A stretch of DNA of 62,949 nucleotides, filler included, from Rhabdomonas costata (GCA_019059605.1; 47 parts of 47 records of this genome joined end to end with filler, not necessarily neighbours in it); one strand, 5' to 3'. Counted from the first letter of the whole stretch, positions 37,102 through 50,297 are shown. The notes: generated from the letters alone by a model not told the origin. Numbers and translations: made by a program.

Positions 37102-39197
37102 GTCTCTCCCTTTCTTTCTGCAGCGTTTGTGCATTCCCTTTTTCTGCTTAACGTCTGCGCTGTTGTTGCTTGTTGCGATTACCGTCCTAGAGGGCCATCG
37201 GAGATGGGGACGCATTCCCACGGCACGGTTTTAAATGTGCCCCTTGGAATGCCTTGGGCAACAGCTTGGGGCTGTTGTATTGTGGGAGAAAGGACTTGTG
37301 GACTTCTGCACCGCTCTGACTTCCTCGGAATCTAAAACGACTTTAGACCAGGTTTTGACCAGGGCATTTCTAGGGCAAAAACACACAAAAACGTCAAACC
37401 ACCCATATAAAGTTCTCAAGTTCGGCATAAAAACGCGTTTTTTGTTACCAACCAACCCAAACACACACAACANNNNNNNNNNNNNNNNNNNNNNNNNNNN
37501 NNNNNNNNNNNNNNNNTTAATTAATTAANNNNNNNNNNNNNNNNNNNNNNNNNNNNNNNNNNNNNNNNNNNNTGTGGGGGGTGCAATGTGTTAACTTAAA
37601 GGCCCACTGTGTACCACATCACCCTGACACGTTTCAGAAACATCATGCATATTTTTTGCGTTATTTGCTAGCCAACAACAGAAACCGACCTTTCGTACTC
37701 CTCCTGCAGGTTGTCGACCTGCTGATGTTGTGCTGCTTTTTTGTCTTTTGGTGCTTGTCCCCACCTATAAGCCCCAAAACGGTGTGCTCTGCGGAAACCT
37801 TGACAGGATACAGACCTGGTCTCCACTCGCAGCTCCGTCATCCGCCTTCCCGAGCTCACAGATTCCCCGCGCAGCCGCAGGGCTGGAGAGTCGTGTGCCC
37901 GCGCCGGACCCGTACGGGGCGTTGTGTCCATTGATAGCGAGGAGAGCCCGCGTCGGGGGGTGGCCGAGGAGGATGGGGTTGTTGTGGAGTGGGGCCTCGG
38001 GGTGCTTGCCGTGGCGAAGGAGGGAACCACCCCCTGGCCCCCCCACAGTACGGCCGCCTCCGGAGATGCGCTGGGAACCCCAGGTCTAGACCGCGTGGAG
38101 CCAGAGCTGAGCAAATACACACTCGCATGCAAACAAAATCAATTGAAAGGTATCCTATACTGTCCTACAGCTAGCAAGCATGCTCTCACAGGGGGCGGGG
38201 TGCCAGCAATACAGAGACACAGCAAGCAAGAAATTGTTGGCCCATTGGAGGCACTACCGGTGTGCCAGCTAATGTAAGCTTTTCTAATGGAACATCAAAA
38301 GACCACAGAAAGTCTACAGATGAGGTTGTTGAGTTTACAAAATGTTTCAAGCTGCAAAATCGAAACGCACCCGACCTGCTCTGGTGTCAGAATAAAGTGC
38401 TCTATCGATTCTATCCTTGGGTATGCTCAGCTACCAATGAAGAAAAGTCTCAAAAAGAGAAAAAAGACGGCTCAAGAGCACATACATTCCACAAGTTAAG
38501 GCCCCAACAGGCCAGTCAAGCTCAACTAACCCGTGACACCCGCCCCTGGAAGAATTCAGTTCCTTATTCAAGGACCCTCCTTTCTCCTAGATCTAGGGCT
38601 TCAGGATGTTGCGTCCCCCATACTAATTCGTCTCCCTCCGCTCCTCTACAAAGCTACTTCAATGGGCCACTCGGCATTCTTTATCTCCCGAGGCCAACGG
38701 TCCCTCCCACTCTTTCCTGATCCCTTTCCATGCTCGCTTTTGGCGCGTCCCCTCGCACCTCCGCTTTCCATCGCCACTGCGCGTTCTCTCCGTTTACGCC
38801 CACACACCCACACNNNNNNNNNNNNNNNNNNNNNNNNNNNNNNNNNNNNNNNNNNNNTTAATTAATTAANNNNNNNNNNNNNNNNNNNNNNNNNNNNNNN
38901 NNNNNNNNNNNNNGGTGGTTGGGTATCGATGCTATACCCTCTGTGGTGGAGCCGAGCTCCCATGGCTTAATTGTAATTCCAACAAAATCCTGGTGACCTT
39001 TAAAAATAGCTGCAATTATTACGAAGCAGCGGCAGCGGAGAGGAAGTGGGATGAAAAAACTCAGCCCAAATCCACCCTAATCAGCACAATGCCTGTCGAA
39101 AGCAGGGTGATTCTACCCCAGAAAACTCACAAATGGAGTCTTGAGCGAAGCCGCCCAACGTATACCACCCCCAAGTTAGCCGATCCCTTCGCCATAC

Positions 39198-39881
39198 CAC
39201 CGGGCCCGACCCTTTGACTGGGCGTGTCGTAAGCTCTTCCACGGCGGCAGCGCTGGTGACCCCCAGCGCGGCGCAGAGCTTCTGGCTTTCCTCCAATGAG
39301 GCAGAGTTCTGGCGATACAGCACAGAAGCTACCCACACCTAAACAGGAAAAAGGGAAGGAAGGAAAGCAGGCAGCAAATGCGAAGGAATCCAATCTCAAG
39401 GCAGGGATACTTCATTTAAAACCCGATAAGAAAAACTTTTCGGAAGTGCGAGCTGGCCGTTTCCTGAAAAAATTGTGGAAAGTGTGGGGATGGGCTGCCT
39501 GATTATGGCCGCTCTCCAGCATATGTCTCAGCAGCAGTTGTTTTTCCCCATTCCCGCTTCAGTCAACTGTGGTTTGTCGTTTCAATCCTGCCCCTAGACC
39601 GCGTGTGCCTAGCTCCATGCCCCACTGTGGTGCCTGCACTCACCACTATGATGAGGATTATGATGACGATAACGATGATGATCACGATGATGAGGTCCAC
39701 CCACCTCATCTCTGCCTAGAGCTTTGCCCAGGTCGGCGAAACTCACGTGCTTCGCTGCTTTCTGCTTCAGCAGCAGGGTGGTAACCTCGGAAACAGCATG
39801 GCCCGACGAAAACCGACCCAGGCGACCCAGGGCCCAATAGCGACTCAACCCGCCTATCTGGCGGATACTCACCGAGAACAT
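39198..39881 (-). CDS. cynS: Cyanate hydratase (cyanase), first two exons
   Basis: Exon 39881-39705 (...LLLKQKAAKHVSFADLGKALGRDE) joined by a phase-0 GT-AG intron to exon 39338-39198 (VWVASVLYRQNSASLEESQKLCAALG...ELTTRPVKG). This is the cyanase N-terminal domain signature (F.DL...LGRDEVWVA...Y.Q). Confidence 0.9.
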
Positions 39882-41800
39882 CGTCTCAAAAAAGGAGCTT
39901 CAACATTGCGTACCCACTCTCTCGAACAACCTCAGTGACAGCGCTGAAACAAAAGAATTAGGGCACAAATATCTGAGCTCTGAGTTCGCCCCCGCTGCTC
40001 TTGTTTCTTCCTTTCTTATTCTTCCACATGACCGCAAACCAACAGTCGACACAAATTGTTTCTTTCGGAGAGCTTCTCTCATCTCCTAACGGGCACAGCA
40101 CCCACAGTATGCACTGTGGAAGACCACGATGGGGCTTCCATCAAAACCCAACACNNNNNNNNNNNNNNNNNNNNNNNNNNNNNNNNNNNNNNNNNNNNTT
40201 AATTAATTAANNNNNNNNNNNNNNNNNNNNNNNNNNNNNNNNNNNNNNNNNNNNGGTGTGTGGGGCGATGCAGTTCACACGGATGTAGTTGATGCTGGGG
40301 GAGCTGCACTTCCACACCGGGGCCCAGCCCGCAGGGGCCCACTTGTTGCCCTTGGCCTGGATCAGCAGGAAGGGCCGGTCGAAGCTCACCAGAAGGGCAC
40401 GGGCTGCGCGCATTTTGCTTCTTTCTTTCTAGATTGACTTTTTGAGAGAACTTAGATATTGGGTGGAGGCTTGCGAGTTGGAGGCGGAGGGCTGTGAAGA
40501 AGGCAGAGAAGAGATACTGTGAAAGGGTAGAAGCAAGGTTTCTGGTCCTAATACTGTGCGCAGCCATTCCTGTATCTGCAAGAGTGCGCATGAGTGTTGC
40601 ATGGATGCCGCCACGACCTTGAGAATGGGGTTAAAGGGGAAGACAACCTGAGAGCATGTCACGTTTACCACCTCCCCTCCCAACAGTGAAATGCAAGCAT
40701 TCAGTTCGATTTTGGTCGAGAGGAGGGCGGGCGACATCCACAATAATCCAGGCAGACTTTCCAGCACGTTACAGCGCACCCTCGAATTTACAAGATAATC
40801 CGCTGTTGACTGCGAATCCTGATTCCAGAATGCCGCCACAGTGGTGACTAGCCGTTACCGCAGACACCGAGATCAAACTCTCAAGGACGCGATTTGTCAA
40901 GACTGTACACAGCCGCTCTACAGCAGCGGCGCTGGTGCTGGTGCCACAGGGGGGTAGAGGCCGTACACGAGAGGGCCACCCCAGTAGCTTAGGCATCGCT
41001 TGGCTCGGCTCGACCAAACCAAAAGGTCAGCGACCTGGGAAGAGGAACCCACACAGCACGGAGCAGAGGAAAGGGATGCCGTGCGTCGGACGTGCATCCG
41101 CTGCTGCATCAAAAGATTTTTCAGATGGATTTCAGATGCTTTGCTTTTCAATGCCTCCATGTGTGAGAGAGACAGGCAAAGCAAGGATGCCTGGCAAAAT
41201 GAGAGGCACGTTTCTAAAGGGTATGACGAACATAATATCGTGCCATATAAATGAAATGGGGCCGCAGATCAATAGCAGTCTTCCAGAAAAGGAGAAAATA
41301 AGGGCAGGGCGGGTGACACACGATAGCAGCAGGAACATTGTCTGGAAGATGAGGGAGACCCCCGCCCACTGATTGCCAGACCCATCGTCCTTATCCACCT
41401 GGAAAAACATGCACACGCACGGAATTTTGAGATGAGCCGCACCCGAATTCGCTTAATGAACACACAGAACGCTTGTGCTGATATTTACAAACCACANNNN
41501 NNNNNNNNNNNNNNNNNNNNNNNNNNNNNNNNNNNNNNNNTTAATTAATTAANNNNNNNNNNNNNNNNNNNNNNNNNNNNNNNNNNNNNNNNNNNNGTGA
41601 TGCTATCCTTTAACACTGCTTTTCGAATACTGGGCATCTTCTCTGCTGCATTTTTGTGGCAGGTTTTTGATGTGGAGAATTTCTTGACGCGTACCGCGGC
41701 CCCGGTTTCGGGGTCGCTGTGTCGTCTACTTGTTGTTCCTCGGAAATGGAAGGCTGGATTTTGATGTGGAGCAAGCAGGCAGATGTTTGAGCAGGGCAGA

Positions 41801-41857
41801 GCAGAAGCAGAAGCAGAAGCAGAAGCAGAAGCAGAAGCAGAAGCAGAAGCAGAAGCA
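41801..41857. repeat. Hexanucleotide microsatellite (GCAGAA)x9
   Basis: Direct count. Confidence 0.97.
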
Positions 41858-44278
41858 AGAGTGTCCCCCTCTCTCCGCTCCTGAGAAGGCTCAGAACCGT
41901 CGGAGCGTCCACAACAGCATATGCTATCATCAGTGCTTTTGCTGGGAATCCCAAGCATGAAAGGCATACTTGAGCCCCACTCTGAGAACTGCCGCCCCCC
42001 ACCCCCCTTGGGCGATCCAAAAATCCAGGCTGCTGCCCACGCTGGCTAACGACGCTTTCAGTGCAACAGTAAGAGAGAGCAAGATTCAATTTTTGAATGC
42101 CGAAGTGCACAGTTTTCTCATTTCCAAATCTTTTGATTTCAGTGGGGCTCCTCGTTTTTGGGTGATCTTTTTCGTCCTGATGTCATTTTGGAACCATAGC
42201 TTCTCTTCTGTTTTCTCTTATGCAGTCCAGTTGCTTTTCGGAATGACTTGGAAAATGCTTCTTCTTTGTTTTGCGTGCCTTCATTTCTCGCCGCATGCCG
42301 AGCAACTCGCTCCCCGTAGCCAAGACCTGCCAAATGGGCCCCAACGAAGGATTGAAATTGAGCACCGACGTATGATAATGCAAGGATTGTATGCTTGGCG
42401 ATTCCGTGACCTTGGGCGCCCACTTGTAATCCAATGGAGTCAGATAGATCCGGCCTGAATTGACATATCCTGCTCTCACGCTTGCATGAACGTTTTGAAA
42501 AAGAAAAAGGACCGGGGGAGGGTGCACCCTAACGTGCCCCAGACGCGGTTTTGAGCTTGTGCCGCTCGCCTCTCACCATCCCGTTCCATGTTGGTGGACA
42601 TCTGGTGTGAAAGAGCTGTGGATTATTCTCTTTTCGTTGTTTAGGAATGGGTTCCCCAGGTACGTCAACGCAATCTTGGAAGCGTGCACATAGCGTTCTG
42701 GGTTACCGTAAAATGAGGAAAAAGAAGGCAGGGGAAAATACGCAGCGAAAATTGATAAAAGTACCTTTTTGCACCTTTCCCGGGGAACTGAATGACACAC
42801 CCGAGTGGTCAACCAAACCCCACCCACACCCACCACANNNNNNNNNNNNNNNNNNNNNNNNNNNNNNNNNNNNNNNNNNNNTTAATTAATTAANNNNNNN
42901 NNNNNNNNNNNNNNNNNNNNNNNNNNNNNNNNNNNNNGGGTTGGGGGCATAATACGGTATGGAAAGTATGGTTTGCGCGCCGAAGGCGAGGCGATTTTTG
43001 GAGTAAAAGTCCGGTCCTTTGAGACTTGTAGGTACACATTGCGACGTCTCAGCATGAATAACAGTCTTTTTGAAGGTGACATAGCTGCGCTTCAGGTGCA
43101 CGGTGTTCCTTCAACCTTCAACCCCAAATATCAAGACGGCAGCAAAGAGAGGTCAAGCGAAAAAAAACCACAACGCTCCAACTCCGCAATGAGCGCCGCT
43201 GCCCGCGTGTTCCATTAAAAATCATCCAACGCGAATCTTAATGGGCCTTCTGCTGGGGGTTCCAACGCATTGTTTGCGGCAAGTCAAAGTGTTCTTTGAA
43301 AAACAACGGGTGCTTCTAACAAACAGAAAAGCTGAAGGGAAGACTGAGACAGAACAAAATCGCAGAACACCCTTTACCAAACTGCTAAACAAAGGCTCCC
43401 AATCCCCTGACCCAGGCAATTGTAAGTGGAACACTTCCTTCATTGTGCCTCTGAATCAGCGGCTTCCCAATGCCCGCCTTCTGGCCTTCCCTGCAATTGC
43501 AGCCCACTATCAGATCCACCACCCACACACCGACGCAGCAGCTGGCGAGCCTCCGGTTCCGGGTGCATGGCGAGGCCTGCTCAACCCCACCCTGCTGCTG
43601 CGGCATAGCTCCCGCCGAGAGCCCTCTCCCTGAGAGTCCTTCCCAGAGACCAAGCCACAAGGCGTCCTTGGACTTGCTCTTGCTGCTGCTGCGCCTCGAC
43701 CATTCTCTTCCGCCGTTTTTCTGATGTGTGACGAGCCCAACGACGGGTCCATTCTATTAACACATGACTGAGGTGGTCCACAATTGAAAAGTTGGTGTTA
43801 GGTTTTGATAATTCGGGGCCTTGCTCTGGTGCGGAAATCTAATTTATGCTTTAAATGGCAACCAACACAAGGACTACGATAAAGTAAATGGAAAGCAGAA
43901 ATCCTGGCGGGAATGAGAAAAGAAGAAACGGGACCGCACCCAACCGGAGGTAAGCTAGCAGTGTAGGTGGGGCTTCCTTCAGACAATCAAGAACAAGACG
44001 TACGCAGTGTTTGCGGCACGGGGAACCGCAGCTTCCTCAGCGGCGGGTGACCCCAGCTGCATCTCCAGCTCGAGCGGCTGCATACTCCCCTTCAGTGAGG
44101 AAGGAAGAACTCTTTTGCTGTGCGCACCCCCCCCCCCGAGAGAACCCAGTCCAAAGAAGTGCATGGTCACAAAACCCCNNNNNNNNNNNNNNNNNNNNNN
44201 NNNNNNNNNNNNNNNNNNNNNNTTAATTAATTAANNNNNNNNNNNNNNNNNNNNNNNNNNNNNNNNNNNNNNNNNNNN

Positions 44279-44295
44279 GTGGTGGGTGTGTTTGG
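44279..44295 (+). other. Whole-genome-amplification adapter remnant (GenomePlex-type TGTGTTGGGTGTGTTTGG)
   Basis: GTGGTGGGTGTGTTTGG at this contig start. The same 17-mer occurs at 59027-59043 and as the reverse complement at the contig end 54889-54905. One- or two-mismatch variants occur at contig starts 49642, 60368 and 20133. Most contigs begin with about 8-12 G/T-only nt and end with A/C-only nt. Confidence 0.85.
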
Positions 44296-44598
44296 TTTGG
44301 GTTTGCTATCAACATTCTGTCAGTCTTTTTGTCGTCGGTTTTTTGGGGTCTCGATGAGGAATGTCCTGTGCGACAAGTTTGGAATATCAATTCTTGGTGT
44401 TCGTATCCGGTTGACATTTTTGATGAGCATCAACGTATATGATATCATAGCGATGAAACGCGCTTTTTGGCCTTAAAAACTCTCTTGCCGAGGTGTTTTA
44501 ATCGTGGCTTATATTTTCAAGTTCAAGTCACTGCAGCCACTGCAAAAACCGACCGCTCCCGTTTTAGCAGCAAACAAGAACTTCAAACACCAGCACGC

Positions 44599-44803
44599 GG
44601 TGGTGAAGGGCAGAGAACTCACGCAACTCGCAGAACGGTCTCGACTGCACGCAATAATCAGGACAAAAATCGTGAGCAACGGACAGGAATGAAAACGCAG
44701 AACAAACAGCAAACGAAACATCACCAAACAGGCCGTGGTGGTGAAGGGCAGAGAACTAGGGCAGACATCGCAGAACCGTCTCAAAAGCTGCGCGCAATAA
44801 TCA
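44599..44803. repeat. Imperfect direct repeat, period about 138 bp
   Basis: GGTGGTGAAGGGCAGAGAACT...TCGCAGAAC.GTCTC...CGCAATAATCAG at 44599 and 44737. Confidence 0.85.
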
Positions 44804-47011
44804 GCCCAGAAGACGTGGGCGGCCCAGGGGAACGGAAAGCACAGATCGCACTGAGTGAGAGAGAAAGAAAAACGCGTGAAGGCAGGAAGGCTGGCTGCGC
44901 ACATACGGAGCCCAGAGTAAACGAAAAGCCTTACCAAAAGAGTAGGTTTCGCTTGACCTCCTTTCACGGAGACAAGACACACAGAAAGAACAAACTGACA
45001 TAGAAGCAGAAGTGGAGTTTTATCTCTCCACCTAACATTTTCTCCATTGTGCACAAGGAAAAGTCTCCACCAACCCACCGGGAGACTTCCAACCAAACCC
45101 CCGCACTTGTTAAGGGCCCGAGAGGGGGCGCCAGAGCTGCTTGAAAATAAGGGACAGGTCCACCCACCCAGGTCGTCGCGCCAGATCTCGGTTGCACTAT
45201 TTCGCTTCAGGGCCAGGCTCCAGTGGTTTCGCACGCTACTGCTGTGAGCAACGTGGTGAATGAAGCAAGCAAGCGCCGCCTCGGAGGTGTGCTTGGCCGA
45301 CATTCGGCGAACCGCCGCCGTGCCTGGGGTGACCTCCGCGAAAGAGGATGGGGGCGCATGGGATTCACCACAGACACGTCGACAACCCGGGGAGCGGAGT
45401 CGAAGCTGTGGCCAGGACCACAACCGCGAGGCGACAAATGCGCTTGCTCTGGGGCATACGGGGGTTCCTGGGCTACCAACCTGGGCCACGAAGGGAGCAC
45501 CCCCTACACCACACACCANNNNNNNNNNNNNNNNNNNNNNNNNNNNNNNNNNNNNNNNNNNNTTAATTAATTAANNNNNNNNNNNNNNNNNNNNNNNNNN
45601 NNNNNNNNNNNNNNNNNNTTGTGTGTGGTGTTACCTGCCGATACCTGCCGTAGGCGGTGATAAACGCCACGCGTAAAAGCAAGCCGTTTCCCGCCGAGAA
45701 AAACCGCTCTGCGCATGAAAAAAGAAATGCTGTTTAAGTAGCGTTCCCCCCCCTTCCCCCTTGCTCGTACCGTGCCATTAAAGCATTATTGTCGCCATGA
45801 CGCACCGCCAACCTCTGAACAACCATTTGATGCGGTGATCCTTTGCTATGGGGGCTTGCAATCGCCATATGTCCCAAGGCAGGTGATAAACTTAGGCCAA
45901 GCATCCCTGCAAAGCTAAATCCCTCGGGATGGGTGAAAGGGTCGTTGTTACCACCATGCCATTTTTTTGGCACAACACATCAACACCCAATAGCACAAAA
46001 AATGCGGTACATGCCATACTATGGTTAATTGGATGCGGGTTGGGGTGTGGCGGCCCCTACCACTAAGCCTATGAAAGCACCACCCCGGAAAAAACGGTGC
46101 CACTCCTAATGTTACCCCGTTCAATTCAATACGGCTAAAGTTTGATAGCCCACCATACGGCATATACACCACCACGACAAACGACATATACCACTGCTGT
46201 TTGTTGGTCATAGTAAGTATGTTGCCAGTTGTTGGTTTGTTCTTCCGCTTTCATGATACACAGCCTACTATAGGTTGAATCTAGCGCCGGGACCGGGGTT
46301 ACCAGATAAGCCGTTTGGTTCACCGTATGTCTTGAGCCCAGGCGTGCTCTTTTTTCCCGCGGTCAACACAACAGCGCATGTGTAACAATCTAGCCGGGTA
46401 CTGGATCCCAGCGCTGCTTTGATTTGCTGCACTTGGATGGCTGTATTCCACATGGTATGAAACTTTCAAACGGGGCTAGCAACGATTAGTGCAACCACAA
46501 GGACCGTGACATCCGATATGCCGATATCGGATGGTTGTCATCACATACTACACCCACCAAATGCATACAGACTATCACCATTGCACATGCACGTCAAAAG
46601 TGGTCCTAGTTATCGCAAACCATCAATACATAATACCCGGCATACACATTACCCACACAATACCGGATACACTAACAGCAACGCAACCCTAAAACACAAC
46701 CACCAAAAACAGATACACACATACACCAACACATGCAACCAAAACCGGCGAACACGCCGAACGACACAGATCAGAAGCCCCAATACATACATACACCGTA
46801 CATCCAAGAACCATACCGTAATTTACACCAAATCCGGCATAAGTTCCAAAACACAAACCNNNNNNNNNNNNNNNNNNNNNNNNNNNNNNNNNNNNNNNNN
46901 NNNTTAATTAATTAANNNNNNNNNNNNNNNNNNNNNNNNNNNNNNNNNNNNNNNNNNNNGGTGGTTTTGAACCTTTTCGGATAACACCGTGAAAAAAATT
47001 GTCGTGAAACC

Positions 47012-47099
47012 GTTGAGCACTATAACGCTATTAAGTTATTGAACATCGTTTAAAAGGTGTAGCGACGTCAAACACCTTAACAGCGTTATACCGTTTAAC
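47012..47099. repeat. Imperfect AT-rich palindrome (MITE-like remnant)
   Basis: TATAACGCT-A-TTAAG (47021) pairs with CTTAA-C-AGCGTTATA (to 47090), with weaker inner and outer pairing. Confidence 0.6.
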
Positions 47100-47287
47100 C
47101 GCCCCCGCCCCACCCGAAAAAATGCATAGGACCTCCACAGTTTATTTGTCAGCAATGTCGGCCCATTCACAGATCCCGAGGGATTTTGTGATCAGACTTT
47201 TTGCTCCTTCACTTTGCTTGGGGTATGCAGCAGCTTTGTCGTTTCTCCGCGGCTTTTGTTGAAAGTTGTTTTTTTTTGGTACCGGGG

Positions 47288-48019
47288 ATGCTTCGGAACG
47301 CGGGTTTCGGAGCTCATGCAAAATTGGTTGCGGTGCAGCGCTGGGTGGAGCGGAAGCTGTGCACAGAGGCTGACTCTCCCGCAGTCAGGCGCCAGAAAGT
47401 CTCTCTGGCGTTCTTCCTCTGCGGTGGATCTCCTTGGCCTCTGACAGTTGGGGTGCTGGCGTGGTGGACTCAGCGATTCGAAAATTCTGCCGCTGCCCAC
47501 CTCTCGATATCGTACCACTTATGGGTGACGCTGATGATTATTGTCCTGGCGGGGGTGCTGTTTCGAACCAAGTCTCTGAACCTGTCCCGTGCGTCCTATA
47601 TGGTTCTCACCTGGCTGGAAGTCCCCGTGTCCCTGATCGCCTGTGGGGGTTTCCAGTACAACTCCTTCGTCGGAGCGGTGGCAATCTTTAACATTTTTCT
47701 TGGTCTTACACTCTACGAAGGGTTCGCCGTTCCGATCGCCTCCGTGGTAATGTCCTGCATCACGCTTCTGTGCTGGGCAGTGGTGGAGTGCGTGGTTGGG
47801 CTACCCCTGCCATACATCTACAACCGGGAGGCCTTGGTGATCTGGCATGCCGTGGAGTGCGTAGGGGGCCTGCCGTTTCTTCTCTTATCGCTGTGGTACA
47901 CCCTGTTCACGATGCGGAAAGAGATAATGGAGCACAGCGTGGCGGAGGCGCAAGCGGTGGCCGCAGCGGAGGCCCGGGGCGCGTTTGTAGCTCGGATGTC
48001 ACACGAGATCCGCTCCCCG
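47288..48019 (+). CDS. Membrane-bound sensor histidine kinase, N-terminal exon up to the H-box
   Basis: About six hydrophobic helices, then a helical linker and AEARGAFVARMSHEIRSP (HisKA H-box of hybrid kinases), followed by a GT donor at 48020. Start position uncertain. Confidence 0.88.
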
Positions 48020-49363
48020 GTACGTCTTGTTTTGTTTGGTCCGTTTTCGTATTTCTCTTTTCAGCAGTTTTCGGCTCTAGAGGTCACCTATCCGTATCCG
48101 TGACTTGAACTGTTCTTCTTTTTTGTGGAGTTTCCCTCTTATATAATGTTTCGCATCGTTCTGGATTGATGTGTGTGTGTTTCACCACAACCATCCTGCG
48201 NNNNNNNNNNNNNNNNNNNNNNNNNNNNNNNNNNNNNNNNNNNNTTAATTAATTAANNNNNNNNNNNNNNNNNNNNNNNNNNNNNNNNNNNNNNNNNNNN
48301 TTGGGGCTCTTCCTTCTCCCTCTGTTGGATAGTGTGCACTGGATGAGCTTCAGCGGTGCTTTTTGGAGGTCACCGATGGGGTCATTGGTCTCGGGACGCC
48401 CCCCTCGGCCAGCGGTTTGGACCCGCAGTGGCTGTTCTTCTCGTGGCTGGGCGCTATCCCTGAGGTATGTGTGCGCGTGTGTGGCTCACACGGGCAGTGG
48501 TAATTTCGATGTTGGCTTAATTTCCGGATAGTGAGCAACCATTCTGCCGAGAGGTGCGGGCGCCTCATGAGCAGAGGAGCAATGGCGAGAGCTTCTTTTC
48601 GTTTACCTCGCGCATGGGTCGTCATGTCTCGGGTGGGGGTGGGGTAAGGCGTGCCAGCAGCTCCACGGTGCGGTGCCCTCAACGGTGGTCTCTGTGGTGC
48701 ACTCCATGCTGCAGCGCGCGGCAAAGCCCGTGCTGGGTCACACCTGCGCCTGGCTCCACGCCGCAAGCCGCCAGGCAAATCCTTCCCCCGCCACTCCTCC
48801 TCTCCCTCTGTCCTCTCTCTTTCTCCTTAGTACTTACGAGTCGAATTAGTGTGGACGAGGCAGTCTGTCACCAAAGCCAACACTAGCGTTTTTAAACGTT
48901 TGGGTGGATACTCATAGCTACCAGTGGCACATGCACGCTCATCAGCACAGGCGCTCTCATCGCTGATGTGGGAAATGCTTTGTTCCCGTCCAGAGGATTG
49001 GGCTCTTCCTTCCTTTCCCTCCCTCTCCGCTCGCTCGCATGGCCTTCACCTGTGCAGGAGAGCTCGACCAACATGGTGGTTCATTCATCATCTTCCTCGT
49101 TCTAATTGCTAATCGGTGTTAACGCCTCTACTGCCTTGGGGCAAATACAAACACAGTTATTGTTCATCACAGTTTCGTGGTTGTCAAGGTTCATCAACCG
49201 CCAAAAAAAACGTGTCATTTCCTGCTTACACCATGCCACTTCCCAGCCTCACAGGCTCACAGTTGTCTGGGGCCCACCCAGCGCAGAGGCTCGCGTTCAT
49301 TTCCGCAGTGCATGGGCTCAGTCGGCTGCTCCGTGTAAAGGTGAGCGCGGGGACATCCGCAGA

Positions 49364-49408
49364 CTATGGCTATGGCTATGGCTATGGCTATGGCTATGGC
49401 TATGGCTA
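49364..49408. repeat. Hexanucleotide microsatellite (CTATGG)x7
   Basis: Direct count. Confidence 0.97.
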
Positions 49409-50297
49409 CAAGCATTTACACCATACCACAACCATCATACTCCGGGCGCACGAATACCTGATAATAACAGCCAGAGAGAATCGAGAGGTCAACTTCGCAT
49501 CAGCCGACACATCGCATCTTCCACGCACGACCCCCACACACNNNNNNNNNNNNNNNNNNNNNNNNNNNNNNNNNNNNNNNNNNNNTTAATTAATTAANNN
49601 NNNNNNNNNNNNNNNNNNNNNNNNNNNNNNNNNNNNNNNNNGTGTTCGGTGTGTTTGGAGGGGGGGGTGGAGGGGAATCCGGATCAAGAGCACAGCACCT
49701 TCTCGTAGCAGTCCACCACTCGAAGCACAATGTCTCGCCGAACCCATTGCCAGTAGTACAAAACCAGAGGATCGCACCCTGTAAAAGAAAAAACCGGCCA
49801 AATTCCAACTGCATAAGAAAGACGAGACAGAAACAGCTGAATGCAAGTGTGCTCTCCACGCCCCGGAAGGAAACGCAGCTGATATAGCGTGGGAGGGCAG
49901 CGGTTGGGAGGCGGCTGCAATGGGCTCCCAGTGAATACTAGAACGTTGGTTGGAACGTAGGCCTGTGCACGGAAGAGCAGTTCTGGCGACCCACCACTAC
50001 AACCTACAGAAACAAACCCACACACCAGTCCTCCTTTGGTATTTGCTTGTCCTCTTGTGCCCTTTCCTCACCCTATCGCCGTGTTTGCAGAACCCTGATC
50101 CCACCTCTTCGTAAAATCTTTCCTAAACATGACAGGCAGTACCGTTCATCAGCACACTTGTTTCCTCCTTGCGAGTTGTTCTTTCCTTTCAGCAAACAAC
50201 GTGATCCTCTACACACACACACACACGGAAACAAAACTCAAAAAAGAAAAGTAAAAACCACACAATTAGAAGAGGCCAGAGTCTGGGGGGGGCTTAC

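Noticed and set aside
44509-45516. 335-aa minus-strand ORF
   Set aside because: It runs through a direct repeat, has non-protein-like composition and no motifs, so it is probably spurious.
45619-46859. Compositionally distinct contig with short minus-strand ORFs and a 10-bp hairpin (46510-46533)
   Set aside because: It may be a decayed element, but no RT, endonuclease or transposase motif could be recovered.
47021-47050. TAACGCTATTA resembling the kinetoplastid spliced leader
   Set aside because: It lacks the CAGTTTCTGTAC core and donor, and is explained as a palindrome arm.
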